64,000 nt of DNA, taken from assembly GCF_009914755.1 (NCBI RefSeq), contig NC_060936.1, one strand, 5' to 3'. This DNA comes from the human T2T-CHM13v2.0 reference genome, Homo sapiens. Of this stretch, positions 60,341-64,000 are shown in pieces; position 1 is the first letter of the stretch; each line of letters begins with the position of its first letter. Made by a program: the position numbers and the translations under genes. A model generated the notes under the pieces. That model was not told the DNA's origin. It ran no database searches and saw nothing but the letters and a program-made list of their open reading frames with translations.

Positions 60341-60416
60341 CTACAGGGGCAACGTGGAGGTCAGGCAAGCCAGCACCTGCTGTCCTGGGACCATGTTCCC
60401 GACCTACCTCTCCCAT
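60341..60416 (-). ncRNA. Diverged MIR6859-like mirtron relic in the WASH intron
   Basis: GGGAGAGG..GAACATGG..CAGGACAGCAGGTG..GCTTGCCTGACC..CCCTGTAG abutting the exon acceptor; similarity from recall. Confidence 0.55.
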
Positions 60417-60764
60417 GTCATCAGGGACACTGCACTGAGGGGTCCCAGGCCACCGAGCCAAGCCACCCTGGTCACCTTCTGGCTCCTGCCTCTGTGCTGC
60501 ACCTGAGTGTGATGCCCTGGGACCCCCATTAAGTCAGGCTGAGTCTTGCACCCACACCCTGCGACTCCATTTTCTGCTACACAGGATCTCTCTGATGTTG
60601 ACGAGCAGCATGGAGACTTGGGGGACCCCCCCAAGCGCCTCCTCCATGTCATCCTTGGGCTCCAGCTTGGCGCTCACACACACAGGAAAGGACTTCAGCT
60701 TCTCCTGGGAGGGCTGGGTGGCTGAGGGGTGGTGGATTTCGGAGTTGGACCAGCAGCTGGCCTA

Positions 60765-61513
<749 letters not shown>

Positions 61514-62269
61514 TCATGGCTGACTCCTCCCTTTCCTTCGTTCTTGTTCCTAATCTGTCACCATGTCCTGTCGTTTTCTTTGTCTCACCCAACCCTCTGT
61601 GCCTGCAAATCCCCTGACTGCAGCCTCATCCCTGTCACCTCCTGACTGTAGTTGGTGACAGAAGAGGAGGCTGCACCAGTGAAGGAGCAGGGACTCCAGG
61701 TCTGGCAACAACCAGGGATGGGGCCGGGTGGGGGTGACTTGGACCAGGAGAGGGGCCTGAGTCAGGCAGTCACATGCTTCATGCTGGGGTCCCCCAAGTG
61801 AGGCACAGCCCGGGGTCCTGGGAAGAAGACCAAGCCTCATTTCAGGTTGCTTGTGGCCAAAGACAGGACCTGTGTACCCAACAACCCCTGGGACTTTTGC
61901 AGGAAACAGCAAACACCATTCGCTCACTCGAGTTAGATAAACACTGAGCGAAAAGTCACTGGAGCCCAAGGACTGTGCGGGGTCAGTGCTGCCGATACAA
62001 GAACCGCAGCCCTCCAGCTCGGCTCCCTCAACGGCCTGCGCTGCAGCCACACTGGCCTCCTTTCAGGTCCTCCACCTCAGGGCTATAGCTCATGTGCTTC
62101 CTTCTTTCTGGAATGTTTTTCCTGACCTACCCACTCACCGTGAGATTTTTACCACAAATGCTATTTCCTCACATCCGCCTTCCCTGACCCCTGAGACCAA
62201 GCTAGGTCCCCCATGATGGGCCTCGCAGCACCTCATCTCCCCTCCACAGAGGCGGTGATAACCCACAGA

Positions 62270-62420
62270 ACCCAGGGCCACGATCCCTGGCTTTGAACCC
62301 TGGCTTTGCCACTCGGCCAGATCTCTTTCTGTGCCTCAGTTTCCTCATCTATAAAATGGATAACAGCAGCGCCTGCTCATAAAATGTGGCAAGGATTAAA
62401 TGAGTTAACGCACTCAGATC
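62270..62420. mobile_element. MIR
   Basis: CTGTGCCTCAGTTTCCTCATCTATAAAATGG..GGATTAAATGAGTTAA. Confidence 0.8.
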
Positions 62421-64000
62421 AATGGTGGAGCAAGCTCCATGATACATGAAGATTAGTGATTACAAAATACTATAAATAGGCCTTATCACAACTGTAATTA
62501 AATAACTGATCATTAATTGGTTATTTAGGTCTGTCTCTCCTGCCAGAGTGTATACACCAGTTGGACAAGGACGCTGCCTTATTCATCACTGGATCTATAG
62601 TGATTTGCTCAGTGCCTTGCACACAGGCACTGTTGGGTAAATATTTTCTGGCTGCAGGAAAGAGTGAAGGACTAACCTCCCCAACCCCCCTCCCACCCCC
62701 GCCCCTTGCTACCTCGTGGGAGGAAGAGCATGAATTGGGAGAGCAGAGCCACCACAGGAAACCAGGAGGCTAGGTGGGGTGGAAGGGAGTGAGCTCTCCG
62801 GCTCTCAGGAGCGAAAGCTTCCAAGTTGGGCTCTCCCCTTGGCCCCTTCCACCCAGGGAAGACAGCTGGGTCCGCCAGGACCAAGAATCCCCAAAGGGGC
62901 TGCTCCCAGAGGTTGTGTTGCAGGGACTGGAGAGAGGACTTCCCAGTACAGGGGGTGGCCCTCTGATCAGGTGGGGGTGGGTGGCAGCAGAGCATTTGGT
63001 GGGAGGTCAGGAGCTCACAGGAGATGGGATTCTGCCGATGCCTGCTGAATGAATGAGGGAGGGAGACGGCAGGACCAGGGACTGGGGAATTGGTACTAAG
63101 GTGCTGGGTACCTGCCGGGCACTCTGTCCATACATGATCTCAGTTCAGCTCTCCACCTTGGAAACACAAGAAAGGAGCCGTGGCTGCAGAGAAAAACAGA
63201 GGCTGGAAACAGGGGTACATGGGCAGGGTGGTGGTGGTGAGAGAATTGCCCGAATCAGCTGCCAAATGGTGCCCAGGTTGGAAAAGCAAATGTGCACACA
63301 TGGGTTCTTCCCACTCTAACCCTGAGGAATTAGAGGCCTGCTTCTGACACAGACTGGGCAGTGGCTAGTGACTCTAGGTATAGAGTATCCAGGCCCTGCT
63401 CACCCAGGCTAGAGCTTAGGGAGCCAGAAGGAAGGAGGTGCATGTTGGGGTGCAGGACAGGAGGGAAAAATACTCGAATTGCAAGGTGAGGGCACAGTCT
63501 ATTTATATTGGGTTGAATTAACTCCTCCCCCTGATGCCACTAAAGCAGGAATCACACTGCAGATGGCACTGATTTGATTGGCAAGAGACATGCCAGGAAG
63601 AATATTAAGGGACCGGACCCCTATAATTAGGCCTAATCATAGCCTGTTGTTTGAAAAGGGCATGAAGGACATTCATCAGGCCTGGCACTGTGCCCTAGAC
63701 CTGCTCTCCTGGGTAGTGGGACCCTCCGTGGCAACAGAGGTGTGGGTGGGCCTGGGTGAGTGTGGCAAGAAATGCCTCGGAGGCTCTATTTGGCCTTAAA
63801 GTGCTGTGTGACCTTGGATAAACTGCCCTCTCTGAATCTCTGGTCCTTTCCATTTCCCATTCTCCAGGCTGAGAACTGCACTGTGATATATGGTTATTCC
63901 CATAATAATAATGTGTGTATCATGCATAATGCACTGCACCTCTTCACCACGCTGGTGCCCACTCTTCTGCTCCCCCTGCCGGCTTCCTCAGCCCCTTCTA

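Overview
Primate (almost certainly human, 12p13-type) genomic DNA; no intact protein-coding gene can be supported. It holds three decayed genes. (1) Minus strand, 1161-21818: exons 1-14 of an unprocessed alpha-2-macroglobulin/PZP-family pseudogene (most likely A2MP1). Exon sizes and phases are A2M-like, and only three lesions are visible: exon-1 donor GT>AT, a stop at the start of exon 2, and exon-8 donor GT>TT. (2) Plus strand, about 28160-58650: a complete 27-exon DDX11 (ChlR1 Fe-S helicase) duplicate, probably DDX12B/LOC642846, behind an NRF1/CpG promoter. It is open for 658 codons, then broken by a 1-bp deletion in exon 20 (stop at codon 684) and an AG>AC acceptor before exon 24. (3) Minus strand, about 58650-63750: an older, internally deleted WASH (WASHC1) remnant lying tail-to-tail with the DDX11 copy. 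The window also contains a TSD-flanked, 5'-truncated SNORA75 retrocopy, a MIR6859-like relic, a solo ERV LTR, many Alus and older L1/L2/MIR/MaLR fragments. Comparisons with reference genes are from recall and need alignment. I found no convincing wholly new system. The best leads are the stop/start overlap in the DDX11 copy, the lightly damaged A2M-family gene with a possible second signal-peptide exon, and the reciprocal DDX11/WASH decay.
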